From Eledone cirrhosa (lineage: Eukaryota): DNA of 64,000 nucleotides. Where the stretch lies: positions 216,380,001-216,444,000 of the forward strand of contig OZ024740.1 in assembly GCA_964016885.1 (NCBI GenBank), written 5' to 3'. This document shows, piece by piece, positions 33,991 through 47,385 of this stretch. The position numbers and the translations under genes were made by a program. Under the pieces are notes generated by a model that was not told where the DNA came from, ran no database searches, and worked only from the letters and a program-made list of their open reading frames with translations. Every line of letters starts with the position of its first letter. The first letter of the stretch is position 1.

Positions 33991-34218
33991 AGTATATGTA
34001 TATATATATTTTCTGTGTATATATATATATATATATATGTGTGTGTATGTATGTCATCATCATCATCGTTTACCGTCCATCTTCCACGCTTGCATGGGTT
34101 TGGACGGGAATTTTCCCACTTGAGGCAAGATTGGTTGACTTGCTCGTATAGGACTGTCTGGAGGGTTTTCTACGGCTGGATGCCCTTCCTAACACCAACC
34201 ACGTTTACAGTGTGGACT

Positions 34219-34257
<39 letters not shown>

Positions 34258-35034
34258 TATATAAACTCAGTTTCTTTCTCTCTTCACATGGTGTAGTATA
34301 TTGTAGACTATAGATAAAGAACAATATGTAGTTGCAATAGGTATGATCTGGTCTAGATAATAGATTCTGTCACTGTCCTGCAGTGAAACTTTTCACTCTG
34401 ATTATTTCACCTCCTCATTCTACTCTAAGACTATATTTCTAGATATTATGAACTCTTCTCTGCTAAAAGAGAAATGGTTAGGAATAGAGACTTAGAAATG
34501 CAGTATTATTTCTACCTCCTCCTCCTCCTCCTCATGTAAATAATAGCAAAGCAACTGAAACAAGAATGGCAATACAGTATTGATTGACCCATCGATTCTA
34601 TATTTACCATATCATACATAAATTAATATATAATGTACTAGAAATCTACTTGCATTTCTCTCTGTGTAACTTGCTCTCTGATTCTCTGTGTTTCTTAGTG
34701 TGTGTTTCTGTGTGTATTTGTGTGTGTTTCTGTGTATTTGTGTGTGTGTGCCTGTGTCTGTGCACATTTGTAAGTGTTTGTGTTTGATTGTGTGTGTTTA
34801 TGTGAGCCTTTGTGTGTGTTTGTGTGTGTGTGGCTATATGTTTATATTCATGAATATGTTTGTGCAGTAGAAATTGTAGGATGGTGAAGAGTTGATATTG
34901 TCCAAATACATATGAGACTGCATTGCTTCTACAGTGAATATAGTTGTTAACATGCAGGTGAAATATACAAGGTGTGCTCTTACGACGGTATGTGTAGAGA
35001 TATTATCACAATAATAATCACAATCTCTCATTTT

Positions 35035-35350
35035 CTATACATATACATATCCATTCCTAATACATTCATATGTGCATACATATACATACACTTTCCTAAC
35101 ACATTCATATGTGCATACATATACACACACTTTCCTAACACACTCATATGTGCATACATATACATACACTTTCCTAACACACTCATATGTGCATACATAT
35201 ACACACACTTTCCTAACACATTCATATGTGCATACATATACACACACTTTCCTAACACATTCATACATATATACATACATATATACATACGCATTCTTGA
35301 CACACTCATACATATACATACACTTTCCTGATACACTCATATGTGCATAC
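35035..35350. repeat. 39 bp tandem repeat
   Basis: Unit TGTGCATACATATACACACACTTTCCTAACACATTCATA. Confidence 0.9.
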
Positions 35351-36560
35351 ATGCACCTAACCATAATATGTGTATATATATATATCCTTCATTACCATTA
35401 CTAGTGTCATTTCTGTATGAATATTATTATACATACATAGTATATTTGTGTGCTCATCTATATGGTTCTAACTTGCACATGTGTGTTACAACTCATACAA
35501 TTATAAATATATATTTGGGTTTATGTATGTTTTGGCTATTATCATATAAATGTATGTGTCTATATACATATAAATAAAATGTTTTATATATATATATAAA
35601 TAAAATGTTTTATATATATATAAATAAAATGTTTTGTATATATATATATATATAAAATGTTTTATATATATATATAAAATGTTTGAATGCATATATGTAT
35701 TTGTATATATTTGTATGTTGACTTGAATGTATGTGTGGATATATATATAAAATAAATATCAATAAAATATATTATTTTCCATTTCTTATTAAAAGTGAAT
35801 TGCTAGAAAAGAAGCTAAGCTATGCATATTTAATAAGTAATTGAAAAACAACTGCACTTGTAATTAAGAAATATAGCCATCTACTGAAAATTTACTTGCT
35901 TGTGTTGTAGAAATGTGCAATGAAGAAGTGCCAAAACTAATACAATACACTTCATAAATAACTTATTTTTGTCTTTAAATTAAAATATTTTCATTTTTTC
36001 CCCTTCCAAAATGTTGCTTGTTAAGATTCTATTTTATTACTGAAACTTGTCAATCGAATGTTGGAGCAGTGTAGGATAACAAAATATATTTCAGTAAATA
36101 ACATTGTTTACATATATTCTGATCTATGCTTATACAGTATATGAGGCTATATACACTGTGTATAGCCTCATATACTGTATATAGCCCTCATATGTAGATA
36201 TTTCTTTGTATGTATTGTATATCACCTCATATACAATTTCTGTTTATTGTGTATATAACCTCATATACAGCTCTATATGTATATGTTTATACTGTATATA
36301 GCTCATCATCATCGATTAACGTCTATCTTCCATGCTAGCATGGGTTAGACAGGTCCCATTTAGAGTCAAGTTGGGTCGGGTGACCGTGTCTCGTTCATGT
36401 AGGACTATTTCTGGCTGAATTTCTATGGCTGGATGCCCTTCCTAATGCCAACAACATTTACAGTGTCTACTGGGTGCTTTTTGCCATGTCCTTTACACAA
36501 CCACTTTACAGTGTAGGCTGGATGTTTTGAGGTAACAGCATAATATATATATATATATAT

Positions 36561-37055
36561 ACGGGATAACACATTATTGTTATAGGTAGTCCACTTAGAT
36601 GTAGTCCAATTAGGGTACTCCGAGTAGTGGATAGTATTAACGCTTGGCTAAGTTTGACTCAACAAGACGTTTCCATAGTGATGCAGCGAGTACGCGGTGA
36701 TTTCTATGTAGTTTACACTGGGAGTAATAATAAATCAAGAAAGAAGAGTGACAGGGTTTGCTATACAATAAAGGCTTTATTCACATTGCTGACAATTGTT
36801 TCTCTGAACTGGTAGGTCTAGAGATCGCTACCCGCCTGTTTTTGCGTCAATCGATCACCAATACTTTGTTATAACCAGTCAATTCATCAGAGCATGCGAG
36901 AATGAAGGAAATACACAGGCATGGCTTCTATATATGATCGATTGACCCAAAACAGGCGGGTAGTGATCTCTAGACCTATCAGTTCAGAGAAACAATTGTC
37001 AGCAATGTAAATAAAGCCCTTATTGTATAGCAAACTATGTCACTCTTCTTTCTTG

Positions 37056-37061
<6 letters not shown>
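36561..37061 (-). mobile_element. fold-back Penelope-like element in (TA)n (about 127-bp arms, about 170-bp tail on left)
   Basis: Arms 36730-36857 / 36935-37061; TA tracts both sides; hammerhead then AATAAA on the minus strand. Confidence 0.82.
36787..36894 (-). ncRNA. type I hammerhead ribozyme motif, long stem II
   Basis: UGCU-CUGAUGA-[81 nt, including UGACUGGU...ACCAGUUCA]-GAAA-CAAUUG-UC-AGCA; canonical GUC site. Confidence 0.8.
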
Positions 37062-37092
<31 letters not shown>

Positions 37093-37119
37093 GAAAGTGA
37101 ACAACACAAAATATAACTA

Positions 37120-37184
37120 CTCCATTACCAAAGGTTTCTGGATCCCAGACAATAATATACGTCTGGGTCGGTCGTCAGACTGAG
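37120..37184 (-). ncRNA. type I hammerhead ribozyme motif (partly decayed)
   Basis: CUCAGU-CUGACGA-[CCCAGAC/GUCUGGG stem]-GAAA-CC(UUU)GG-UA-AUGGAG; base of stem II mismatched. Confidence 0.65.
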
Positions 37185-37890
37185 ATGTTATAGATAAAAA
37201 TTATCAAATAAGATTTAAAATCTGTTAAAAATTGGAAGTGAGGCTGGAAATATACATAAGAAAAGAAGGGTAAGAAAAATAATATATAAAAAAATATATA
37301 GCAATATAGAAAAAGAAATATGTGTGCATACATATACACATACACACATTCAGATAAAAGTAAAAAATATATATATGTATATATACATACATGTGTATAT
37401 ATGTACACACGGACATACACACACACACATAAATACATATACAGACATATACATATACACACACACATATACTATATATATATATATATATATATAAATA
37501 TATACACACATACATACATATATATACATACATCATCATCATATACGTATATATATATATATCTACGCACATACATACATATGAACATATATATATATAT
37601 GTGTGTATGTGTATATATTTATATATATATATATATATGTACATGTGTGTGTTCGCGTATGTATGTATTTGCAGACTAGTGTGTTTATATACTTGTGTCT
37701 ATGCCATGTATATATATAATATATATATATATATAAATATACACGGGTGTGTATGATTGTGTATAGAAGATTATATTAATAAAAGGAATTCCAACTTTGT
37801 CTGATTTACTCGTTTTATTTACAATCCTTTAAAATTATAATGATATTATAATGAAATAGTATGGTAGAATATTAAATGTTAAATATTAAT

Positions 37891-37929
37891 TGAACAAGTA
37901 CTTTCATGCTTTTGCAATCTTCAGGTTCA
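37891..37929 (-). ncRNA. minimal hammerhead ribozyme motif
   Basis: UGAAC-CUGAAGA-U-UGC(AAAA)GCA-U-GAAA-GUAC-UU-GUUCA. Confidence 0.8.
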
Positions 37930-38002
37930 TATTGTGTGGTGACAGTCAAGTTTGCAATTTTCAACAGTTGAAAATTGCTAACTTGACTGTCACCACTGAA
38001 TA

Positions 38003-38041
38003 TGAACCTGAAGATTGTGAAAGCATGAAAGTACTTGTTCA
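38003..38041 (+). ncRNA. minimal hammerhead ribozyme motif (mirror copy)
   Basis: UGAAC-CUGAAGA-U-UGU(GAAA)GCA-U-GAAA-GUAC-UU-GUUCA. Confidence 0.78.
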
Positions 38042-38152
38042 ATTAACACTTAACATTTAATATTCTACCATACTATTTCATTATAATATCATTATAATTT
38101 TAAAGGATTGTAAATAAAACGAGTAAATCAGACAAAGTTGGAATTCCTTTTA

Positions 38153-38187
<35 letters not shown>

Positions 38188-38837
38188 TTTGTGTATATGT
38201 ATATGTATGTGTGTGTGTATATGTATATGTATGTGTGTGTGTATATGTATATGTATGTGTGTGTGTGTATATGTATATGTATGTATGTGTGTGTGTGTAT
38301 ATGTATGTATGTGTGTGTGTGTATATGTATATGTATGTATGTGTGTGTGGGTATATGTCTATGTATGTCTGTATGTATTCATGTATTTATACTGTATATA
38401 TCCTCATATACAGCTATATTTATGAATATACTTTATGTAACTAGTGCTGGTGATCTACACAATAAAAGCACCTAGTACACTCTGTAAAGTGATTGGTGTT
38501 AGGAAGGGCCTCCAGCCATAGATAGCTTGCAAAACAAGGAGTTGAGAGGGCCCTTCAGTTTGTGTCAAGACGCAACTTCTCTACATAATATGACCGTACA
38601 TAACTGAGATACAGCCCTCTTGGACTGTCTGGAAGGTCAGTAGCCCTGCTTCGGTACTGACTTAGTTCATGTAGACCTGTCCAACCCTTGGTAGCTAGGA
38701 AAGTGGGTGTTAAATGATGATACAATTGTTTATTTCTGTTTATAACCTCATTTAGTTATACTCTATTATTACTAATGCATTCTATGTTTATCACTAATCC
38801 ATAATAATGTTGTAATATAGTTATAATAATGTAACAG

Positions 38838-39182
38838 TGAAGGCACATGGCTGAGTGGTTAGAGTGTTGGGCTTGCAATTGTGAGGTTGTGAGTTCGATT
38901 CCTGGAACAGGTGATGCATTGTGTCCTTGAGCAAGACACTTTGTCACGTTGCTCCAGATTATTCAGCTATAGGAATGAGTTTGTGATGTCACTGGTGCCA
39001 AGCTGTATTGACCTTTGCCTTTTCCCTTGGACAACATTGGTGGCATGGAGAGGGGAGATTGGTATGCATGGGCAACTGCTGGTCTGCCACAAACAAACTT
39101 GCCCAGACATGTGCCTTAGAGGGGAACTTTCTAGGTGCAAATCTCATGGTCTTTCGTGATCGAAGGAGGTCTTTACCCTTTA
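38838..39182 (+). mobile_element. tRNA-derived SINE family B head and core with a different 3' tail
   Basis: TGGCTGAGTGGTTAG box A, GAGTTCGATTCC box B, GTGTCCTTGAGCAAGACACTT core; tail resembles 21900-22070. Confidence 0.8.
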
Positions 39183-41022
39183 ATAGTTTATCAGAAGTCA
39201 CACTGGTAAATAAATTATACCTTCATTTTACATATGAATATTTTGAATCAAGTTTTTGGAGGTCTAGTAAATAAGTTGTATGATGATTTTCAAGTTATGT
39301 TTTCATTGAAAAATGGTGGGATTTATACACAAGTATATGCAATATATATTGAGTATTAACTTTTTTTAAAATAATTTTCATGTGTTTACTGCTGTCTGTT
39401 TTTAGTAACCTTAGAAAGGTAAACAATAGGGTTTTCTTATCTCATTTCATTTTGAACTCTGTTATCTTAGATGATAAACTTAATCTGTCACCCAGTTTAA
39501 TATTACTGCTTAGGCCTTCGTTAGCTTTGATGGAGTCCATTTTGGCAGATTCTACATTTGTGGAACTGTTAAAGAGTTTAACAGGAATGCTTTGTGCTGT
39601 TTGTTTAAGCTCTGTGTTTTCTGAGTTCAAATGCCATCTCTTGTCATTGGAAAAGTGGTGACACTTCTGCAGGGGTTGCCACCAAAAGATACTCTCAGCA
39701 ATGGAAAGACCAATGGAAATAGAGTTTCCTTGGTCTGATCTAACAATCAATTCCTTCCTTTTCTTTAATAGTTTCAAATATAGCTAAATTTTATGTATAT
39801 AGGCTCTTTACTTTGAATTATACAAACATTTAAACACTTTGAATAGTTAGTCATGGTTGTTGTTGCTGTTGTTGGACATTTTTGTTTTGTTTCCTTCCCC
39901 CTCTATTGTATTTATTTACTGCATTTTAATAATGCATTAATTTCTAAGAAAAGTTTTTCATCCATTTTAAAAGTAACAAAAATATTTTCAATGGGGAAAT
40001 TTCTGGCCAAAGGTTATTTTGAAAAGATCCTTTGATATAAACTATCATTTCTAGTATTGGATGTACATTGTTTAATTATTTAGAAAGTAGTAGTCTTTAT
40101 AACTTTTACCAAAGATTTTAGAAACAGAATCGATGACCTCTGACGATACGAAGAGGTTTTGACCTTAAATATCTTTACTGGAAAATATCTAGCGAAGCAT
40201 GGAGACACCAGTGATGACATAGGCAATAAGGACCGGCAATGGAACCTCCAACAAAGGAGATTTTCACCCAGAAATATAACTAATCGACAATAACAAGTTT
40301 GGTGATATGTGGTCTCCTAATCACCACATTTCAGGTTTTATCTTTGATTAACAGCAATTTCTCTCATTTCGCTTCTAGTTCTTCATAGAAATCTCTTTGG
40401 AACATTGCATTATTTCTATCAATAGTTGTCCAGATTTGGCTGACTGAACATCTTAAGAAGTGTCTGAGAGGAAAGTCATTAACTCAACAGAAAAATAAAA
40501 CAATACCATCATTAAATAAAAGAACAAAAGACATTCAAACTATATGTGATTTGGTTTGGTTCTGTCTATGGTGTGTATTTCTGTGCTTCTATAGTCATGT
40601 ATATATATATGTGTGTGTGTGTGTTTGTGTATACTTGTGTCTGTGTGTGTGTGTGTATATAAATATATATATATATGTGTGTGTGTGTTTGTGTAGTTGT
40701 ATGATCTTATATATGTGTATATGTTTGTGTGTATATGCGGATATAAGTGTCACGTTTACTACAAATTTCTCACTTGGTTGAATAAAAAGAGCTACGGCGG
40801 AAACGTAGGTTTGAATTGATATTTCATATTGCAATCAAAAGCTTTTCTTTCTCCCCCTCTCTCCTTCTCCCCCTCACTCTCCTTCTCTCTCTTGTTAATT
40901 TCTAAAACAAAGTGTCCGGCACCATTTTAGTTAATGAAGAGCCAATAGTGAGGAAAATAAGAAAGTTGGTATTGTAGCAAGGTTTTCAAAAGATAAATGT
41001 GTATTTGTGTGTATCTATCTAT

Positions 41023-41088
<66 letters not shown>

Positions 41089-41169
41089 TCATCATTTAAC
41101 GTAAGTCTTCCTTGTTTTATATATATATATATATATCTTCATTTAACGTAAGTTTTCCCTATTACACGC

Positions 41170-41215
<46 letters not shown>

Positions 41216-42061
41216 ACACACACACACCCACATACACATAAACATCATAAATACACAAATATATTCAAACATGATGAATACTTACAAACATCTATAAAAG
41301 TTATATATCAATACAAAGTTATTATTTATCATAAATTATGCAATGCTATTATTACTTAAGATGTTCAAGTGTGATGTTCATTGTTTCTGAGCAAATTGCC
41401 ATTACAGCCACTGAAATAAGCAGCATCACCACTGTTATCCTCACCAGGATCATCAAACAGTTATTACTTTTCCTACAATAATTAAACTAAATTAGTGGGA
41501 GAAGTAAGGGTTGAAGGCCCTAACCTTTGCAGTTCTTCTTGAACCTATCAGGTTGATGTAGGTAATGTTCAGTTTTAAGTTCTATACTTTGATTATCAGT
41601 GGAGAGAAATGCTGGCTGTTTATAGTTTACGGAATTTCCAGGGGAATGCTGCACTGGAGGAGGAAGGATTTAACAATGTTTTGTGAGGGGTCAGGGTGTT
41701 GAGATATAACACAATTTTATTTGGAATTCCAGGGGGATTCAGTGCTGGGAAGGAAGGATTTAGCAGTGTTTTGTGCGGGGTCCAGAAACTAAAATAATAT
41801 TGTTATTGTTTAGCTACAAGTCTGGTCCCGCAGACAGATGGTCAAAGACATTCCAACCATGACCACCTCATCTTTCAGAGCATATCTAAGACTATATTAT
41901 CCACTGTTTCCAGAATATTGGAGTCCATTGCAGTTATGTGTGTGTCTGTGTGTGTGTGTGTGTATATATATATATGTAAGTATGTATGTATGTATACGTA
42001 CATACATATATGTATACAGTAGTAAGTATATATATACATACATGCACACATATATATATAT

Positions 42062-42413
42062 GCACGTATCGGTTTACCGAGCATTTATTATAATGCTCGG
42101 TTTGTTTGTTTGTAAACAAACAAACAGCCCGAATTACGCCGTATAGTGTTTAGGCAACCACGTCACCTTTTTGTTCAACACTGACATAGGAACGATGTAC
42201 TAGTTTCAAGCTTATTAGCTATCGTCAGCATCGTATACCTTCCTGCCAAATGGTTGAATGTCTGAAAGTGTATACTTTCCTTATGCATATTAACGGCTGA
42301 GCAGCCTAATTTGCATATCGAGTGAGTTCAGTCGGCCGGGCACACCGAAAACGATAAATGGAATAGAATGAAACGAAATTTCATTTCTTACTCTTAGTAC
42401 GGCACTTACTTAA
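42062..42413 (-). mobile_element. CpG-retaining hammerhead-bearing insertion between microsatellite-like direct repeats
   Basis: Unique 350-bp segment flanked by ATGTAAGTATG..TATACGTACATACATATATGTATACAG at about 41974 and 42414; contains an intact hammerhead. Confidence 0.6.
42192..42234 (-). ncRNA. intact minimal type I hammerhead ribozyme motif
   Basis: ACGAUG-CUGACGA-U-AGCU(AAUA)AGCU-U-GAAA-CUAG-UA-CAUCGU: perfect 6-bp stem I, canonical core, palindromic CUAG loop III. Confidence 0.88.
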
Positions 42414-42466
42414 ATGTAAGTATGTATACGTACATACATATATGTATACAGACGTACAGTAGTATG

Positions 42467-42534
<68 letters not shown>

Positions 42535-42984
42535 GGAAGAGGGAGAGAGTGTAAATTCCACACAACAATTACCAAACCGTACTAGAAAGGGTTATTCAAC
42601 TTGTGTATGGTTATAGTGAGAACGGAAGTATATATATATATGTATATATATCATCATCATCATCACCGTTTAACGTCTACTATTCCATGCTTGAATGGGT
42701 CGTCCACATTATGATATTTCTGGTCGGTTGGCTGCACCATACCTTGCTCAAATGGAACTGTATTTTAGCTGGATGCCCTTCCTAACAGCAACCACATTTA
42801 CAGTGTGGAACTGGGTGGCACTGTCATGAGGAGGATCCAGTTCAAAATAGTTACACCATTTCTGCATGTATAAGAAATGGCTAAAATGGTTGGTACCTGG
42901 AGGGGCATTTGGCTATATATTTCCTCAAAATGCCCTGTCCATTCCATGCCAATATTAAAAAGTCAATGTAAAAATGATGATCAT

Positions 42985-43145
42985 TATCATCATTTTTATG
43001 TCTATTTTGCTTTCTTTGACATCTCTTTTGTGAGTCTCTGTATCTTGAGGTTAGTTTTCATCACTGCCCAAGTCTTCCTCCATCTTTTTCTTGTACAACT
43101 TCCTTCCACTTTAAACTTCTAGCACTTCTTCACCCAACAATCAAG
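42985..43145 (-). mobile_element. degenerate RTE-type LINE 3' end
   Basis: DCWVKKC*...VEG...RKTW...KTNL on the minus strand. Confidence 0.55.
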
Positions 43146-43980
43146 TGTTGGGAGGTTATTAATTGAAGAAAGCCATGAAGGAGAGCAGTAACTCCTTATA
43201 ACTGGATTGGGGTAGATGTGATATCTGTATGTCATAGCAAAGGCAACCCATCTAGAAGATGTGTAACTCTGAATAAAAAAACTGACACATTGTATATAGG
43301 ATACTTTAGCCTTGAAAGTGCTGGTACAATAAAATACATCTACTCCATATTGTAAAGTGGAAGGTTGTCCAGCTAGAAAAACCATGCCCAAACATGAATA
43401 ACAAATGTAAATATAAGAAGGAAATGAAGCAGATATATTATGTCTGTTTATAACAAAGACACTAACAAATGCTTATACATGCATGTCAGGCAGTGAATAT
43501 ATACACACATATCAGGCAATGAATATATACACACGTATATAATATAGCTGTCTGTGGCAAAATCCTTTCTCAGAGAAGTAATAATAATAATCTATAAAAC
43601 AAATAGTGAACAAAAGATAGAAACCTGTTAGTTGACCAATTTCTATAACAATAAAGATGATATTCAACACAATACATTCAACAGATCCTACATCAAAATA
43701 CACAAACCACATATAAAATATATTAAATAAACCAAATGCACTCTGACTATAGAATAGATGAACATGTTATTGAAAAGCTCATCAAACAGTATACAGCATG
43801 CATTCTAGACCCAATCAGGAACTCACATTGATGATATTATTACAAAAAACAATAAAATTAAAAAAAAAAATATCTTTATCAGCAAGAGACCAGGAGTCAA
43901 TGACCACAATTCAGATTAGTTAATGTTATTTACAAATATGGAAACTGTTTAAATTGATCAATCTAATTGATTTATTACTA

Positions 43981-43998
43981 TTGCTGCTGCTGCTGCTG

Positions 43999-44077
<79 letters not shown>
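43981..44077. repeat. compound (CTG)n(CTA)n microsatellite
   Basis: Seen directly. Confidence 0.97.
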
Positions 44078-44079
<2 letters not shown>

Positions 44080-44293
44080 TCTGTCTTACTTAAAACTATT
44101 TACACAAGGATTTATTTTTTTATCATTTAATCAGGAGAAAAGGCTGTGCCCATGACTTTTTTTATGATCATTAAAACTGATGAGTGGAAGGAGGAAGGTT
44201 TCCTCAAACCAAAGACTTGCCTGAAATACTTGTAAACTTGTAACAGAATGGACTCCACTAAAGGCCCCCTAATGGCCATGAAGTGGTGTCAAC

Positions 44294-44604
44294 CAGGGGG
44301 CTGGATTAAATAGGGGGGGGGGGCAAAGGGGGCAATAGCTCTAGGCCCCCTGAGTGGCGGGGCCCTACCACTGACTGCCATAGCAATTTATTTGTTCTCT
44401 CAGCTGGGCATTTTAGTTTTAGGATGGTTAGAAGTTTTTAATTTAATACATGTATGTATAACTTTTCAATTCCAATTACTTGAGCTGAGCTAACTTTGAT
44501 ATGTAAAATTGGGACGGTTTGCTGTGTATTTTTTATGTATGAGAGACTCTCCAAACCTGAAGTGCCCCCCCCCCCCCCCCCCCTAAGGTCTAAACCCAAC
44601 CCTG
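44294..44604. mobile_element. hAT-like MITE with 8-bp TSD
   Basis: CAGGG...CCCTG termini; perfect TSD GTGTCAAC at 44286-44293 and 44605-44612; subterminal G and C runs. Confidence 0.85.
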
Positions 44605-46001
44605 GTGTCAACCCTTTTAATAACAAACTGCCTGAAACTGCCCTTAGTTTTATGATACAAAACTGTTTATTCTAAACTTTTTATATTTATCTAAAACCAT
44701 TCCACTAGGTTAAATTTTTCAAAATTCTCGATTATTTGAAAATCATAGCTAGTGTATTTCATGAGAAATTTGTTAACAAAAGAATTATTACAAGAATCTA
44801 TCAAATAAAATTACTGGATATTTTCTGAAAAACATTTGATATGGTTTTAATATAATGTAAACATTAATAAATGCAATTTAAAACTATTTTTACATGATTT
44901 CCACCACAGCCGATGAATCTCCCACGGTGTAAGCTGTATCTTAAAAATGACTAGGAGAAACCTGTGTTCCAACACCCATATTTGACATGGTACCTTAAAC
45001 CATCACTGACTTTGGTAACTGGGTTTTGGACTACAAACAGCTTGGGTTTTGTGCTCCTCCAGTCCTCCTTCTCCTTCAAAATCTGCAAACCTAGGTGTTT
45101 GATGTTCAACACCAAGTTTTGTAGATATTAGTTTATATTTAAAAAAGTACAGAGAATAGATAAGTTTAGACTTTGTGAGTTCTAATACAGTTGATGTTTT
45201 CATGTTCTGACTAAAGTTACAAATGTTAGGGGCTACCTCGAATAATTTGATTGCAGCTTCAACTTCGATGTGATACTACAAAATACTTCAGCAATGCTGG
45301 TATAGTCACTGCCTTTGTCTCTTTCGCCCTCCCCATCTTACACTATTATAAGTCCCAGCCAACAGAATAGAGGTATTTCCCTGGAGATGGTGAGGGAGAC
45401 ATGTTGGAAGACCCATTCCAGCTTGTGAGGCTCACACCTGCCTAATGGATAACCACAATCAAATTTTTGCATTATTATTCCAATTTTCTAAAATGCACAT
45501 GTGTGAGTGCATGTGTATATGCATGTATATGGTGTATGAATATGTATGTTTATGTATATGTGCGTATGAATATGTCCATATATGTGTATATGTATGTGTG
45601 TGTGTAGACATAGCTGTGAGAGGTAAGCATCTTACTGGTGTAATTTAGTGGTAGTAATAAGATATAGAGTCTAAACTCATCAGCAATCTAATTAGGACAC
45701 AGTAAACTTGAACATGAGTGTTGTGAGGGTGGGCATCTCCTTAATCTTTACCTGTAGTAGAAATATACTGACATTTTATATTAAATGTAGGGTTTGCTTT
45801 AAATATGTAAACTTCTTTAATGATTCAACATTTTACATGAAATAAATGTAACACAAAATAACCAGTTAGTGTAATGAAATGAAATATTTAAATGACAGGA
45901 ATCTTACTAGAGAAATATAAAATTTATAAATATATAATCAAAGAAAAGTTCTTGGATAAAATATTGCAAGACTATAAATATATGTGTGTGTGTGGGTGTC
46001 A

Positions 46002-46060
<59 letters not shown>

Positions 46061-46423
46061 TTATGTGTGTGGGTGTGGGTGAATGTTATGTATGTACATA
46101 CATACATATATATATGTGCGTGTGTGTATGTATGTTATGTATGTATATACATATATATATATATACGTATGTATGTGTGTGAATGTTATGTATGTATGTA
46201 TATACTTACATACATATATATATATGTGTGTGTATGTATGTGTGTGAATGTTATGTATGTATATACATACATATATATATATATATATATGTGTGTGTAT
46301 GTATGTGTGTGAATGTTATGTATGTATATACATACATATATATATATATGTGTGTGTGAATGTTATGTATGTATATATATATATGTATATGTGTGTGTGA
46401 ATGTTATGTATGTATATATATAT

Positions 46424-46465
<42 letters not shown>

Positions 46466-46758
46466 ATATATATAATTGATTGTAAATAATTTTGGTTGTG
46501 TCTGGTAAGTAGCAGTGGAACTGTTTGACTGAAGTGAATGAAGTCAATAATGAAATTGGTAAATATTCATATAAAGAAATTATTACATTGATGTATTGGT
46601 GGGAATTCTTCAAATCTGCTGTCTGACAGACTGACTGAAATAATGAGAAAATTGCCAAAGAAGAAGAGTTGCAAAACAGAATTGAAATAAATGGTGGTTC
46701 AATTGTATTATGGCTTTTAACTTGTGATAGAAATCTAGCCTCGTCTTCATTTAGAGCA

Positions 46759-46949
46759 AATAATAATAATAATTGTTTCTACTTTTGGCACAAGGCCAGA
46801 AATTTCCCAGTACATTACTGGTACTTTATTTTATCGACCCCGTAAGGATGAAAGGCAAAGTCTCGGCGGGATTTGAACTAAGGATGGCAAGGGCCGTAAC
46901 TATGCATCAAAGCATGGTGTCCGACTCTCTATCGATACTGCCAATCCAC
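46759..46949 (-). mobile_element. SINE family A
   Basis: Reverse complement of 6-200; further decayed copies at 47386-47705. Confidence 0.85.
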
Positions 46950-46951
46950 AA

Positions 46952-47385
46952 TGATTTCATTTATTAGCCACAAGGGCCGACATGTAGGGGACAATACAAA
47001 GACAGGGACAGTGGTGGTTTACAATAAGGTCGAGTAAAAGTGCACAATGGCAAGACTAATTTAACAATGAAGATATAAAAATATAAAATAAACTATGCAT
47101 AAATATAATAAAATAAATTCCCCTATGGGGGGTGGACGACCCAGGGGTGACTCAGGTACCCGACCAATCCTGAACCACCCTGCGCTTCTAGGGCACCCAG
47201 GGAGAGCACCCCTCTCCTCAAGTTAGCTAGCCTATAAGCGCATGGTCAGAGTAGGCCCATTCACACGGGCCATTCTCGCCACATTCATCCACCTTTTAGC
47301 AAATGTACTGGAGGGCAGCACTTCTCTCTCCACCCTCACCTTCCTTTCCAGGTGAAACTTGAAGAAGTTGATGAGGGATTGGCCG
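46952..47385 (-). mobile_element. L1/Tx1-like LINE 3' fragment
   Basis: Minus-strand GQSLINFFKFHLERKVRVEREVLPSSTFAKRWMNVARMARVNGPTLTMRL*, then GC-rich 3'UTR and AATAAA; clade call from recalled similarity only. Confidence 0.6.

Larger units (their letters stand above)
37741..38160 (-). mobile_element. 389-bp near-perfect palindrome (194-bp arms, 1-nt loop at 37966) plus about 30-bp tail, in (TA)n
   Basis: 37772-37965 mirrors 37967-38160 with few mismatches. Confidence 0.88.

Noticed and set aside
42270-42421. Possible promoter or first exon (ATTTGCAT octamer, TCAGTC Inr-like, GTAAGT donor)
   Set aside because: Short motifs inside a hammerhead-bearing insert; the GTAAGT is part of the flanking direct repeat; no independent support
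44174-44245. CTGATGA...GAAA candidate hammerhead (also 23502, 23560-23580, 40140)
   Set aside because: No stem I and/or stem II complementarity
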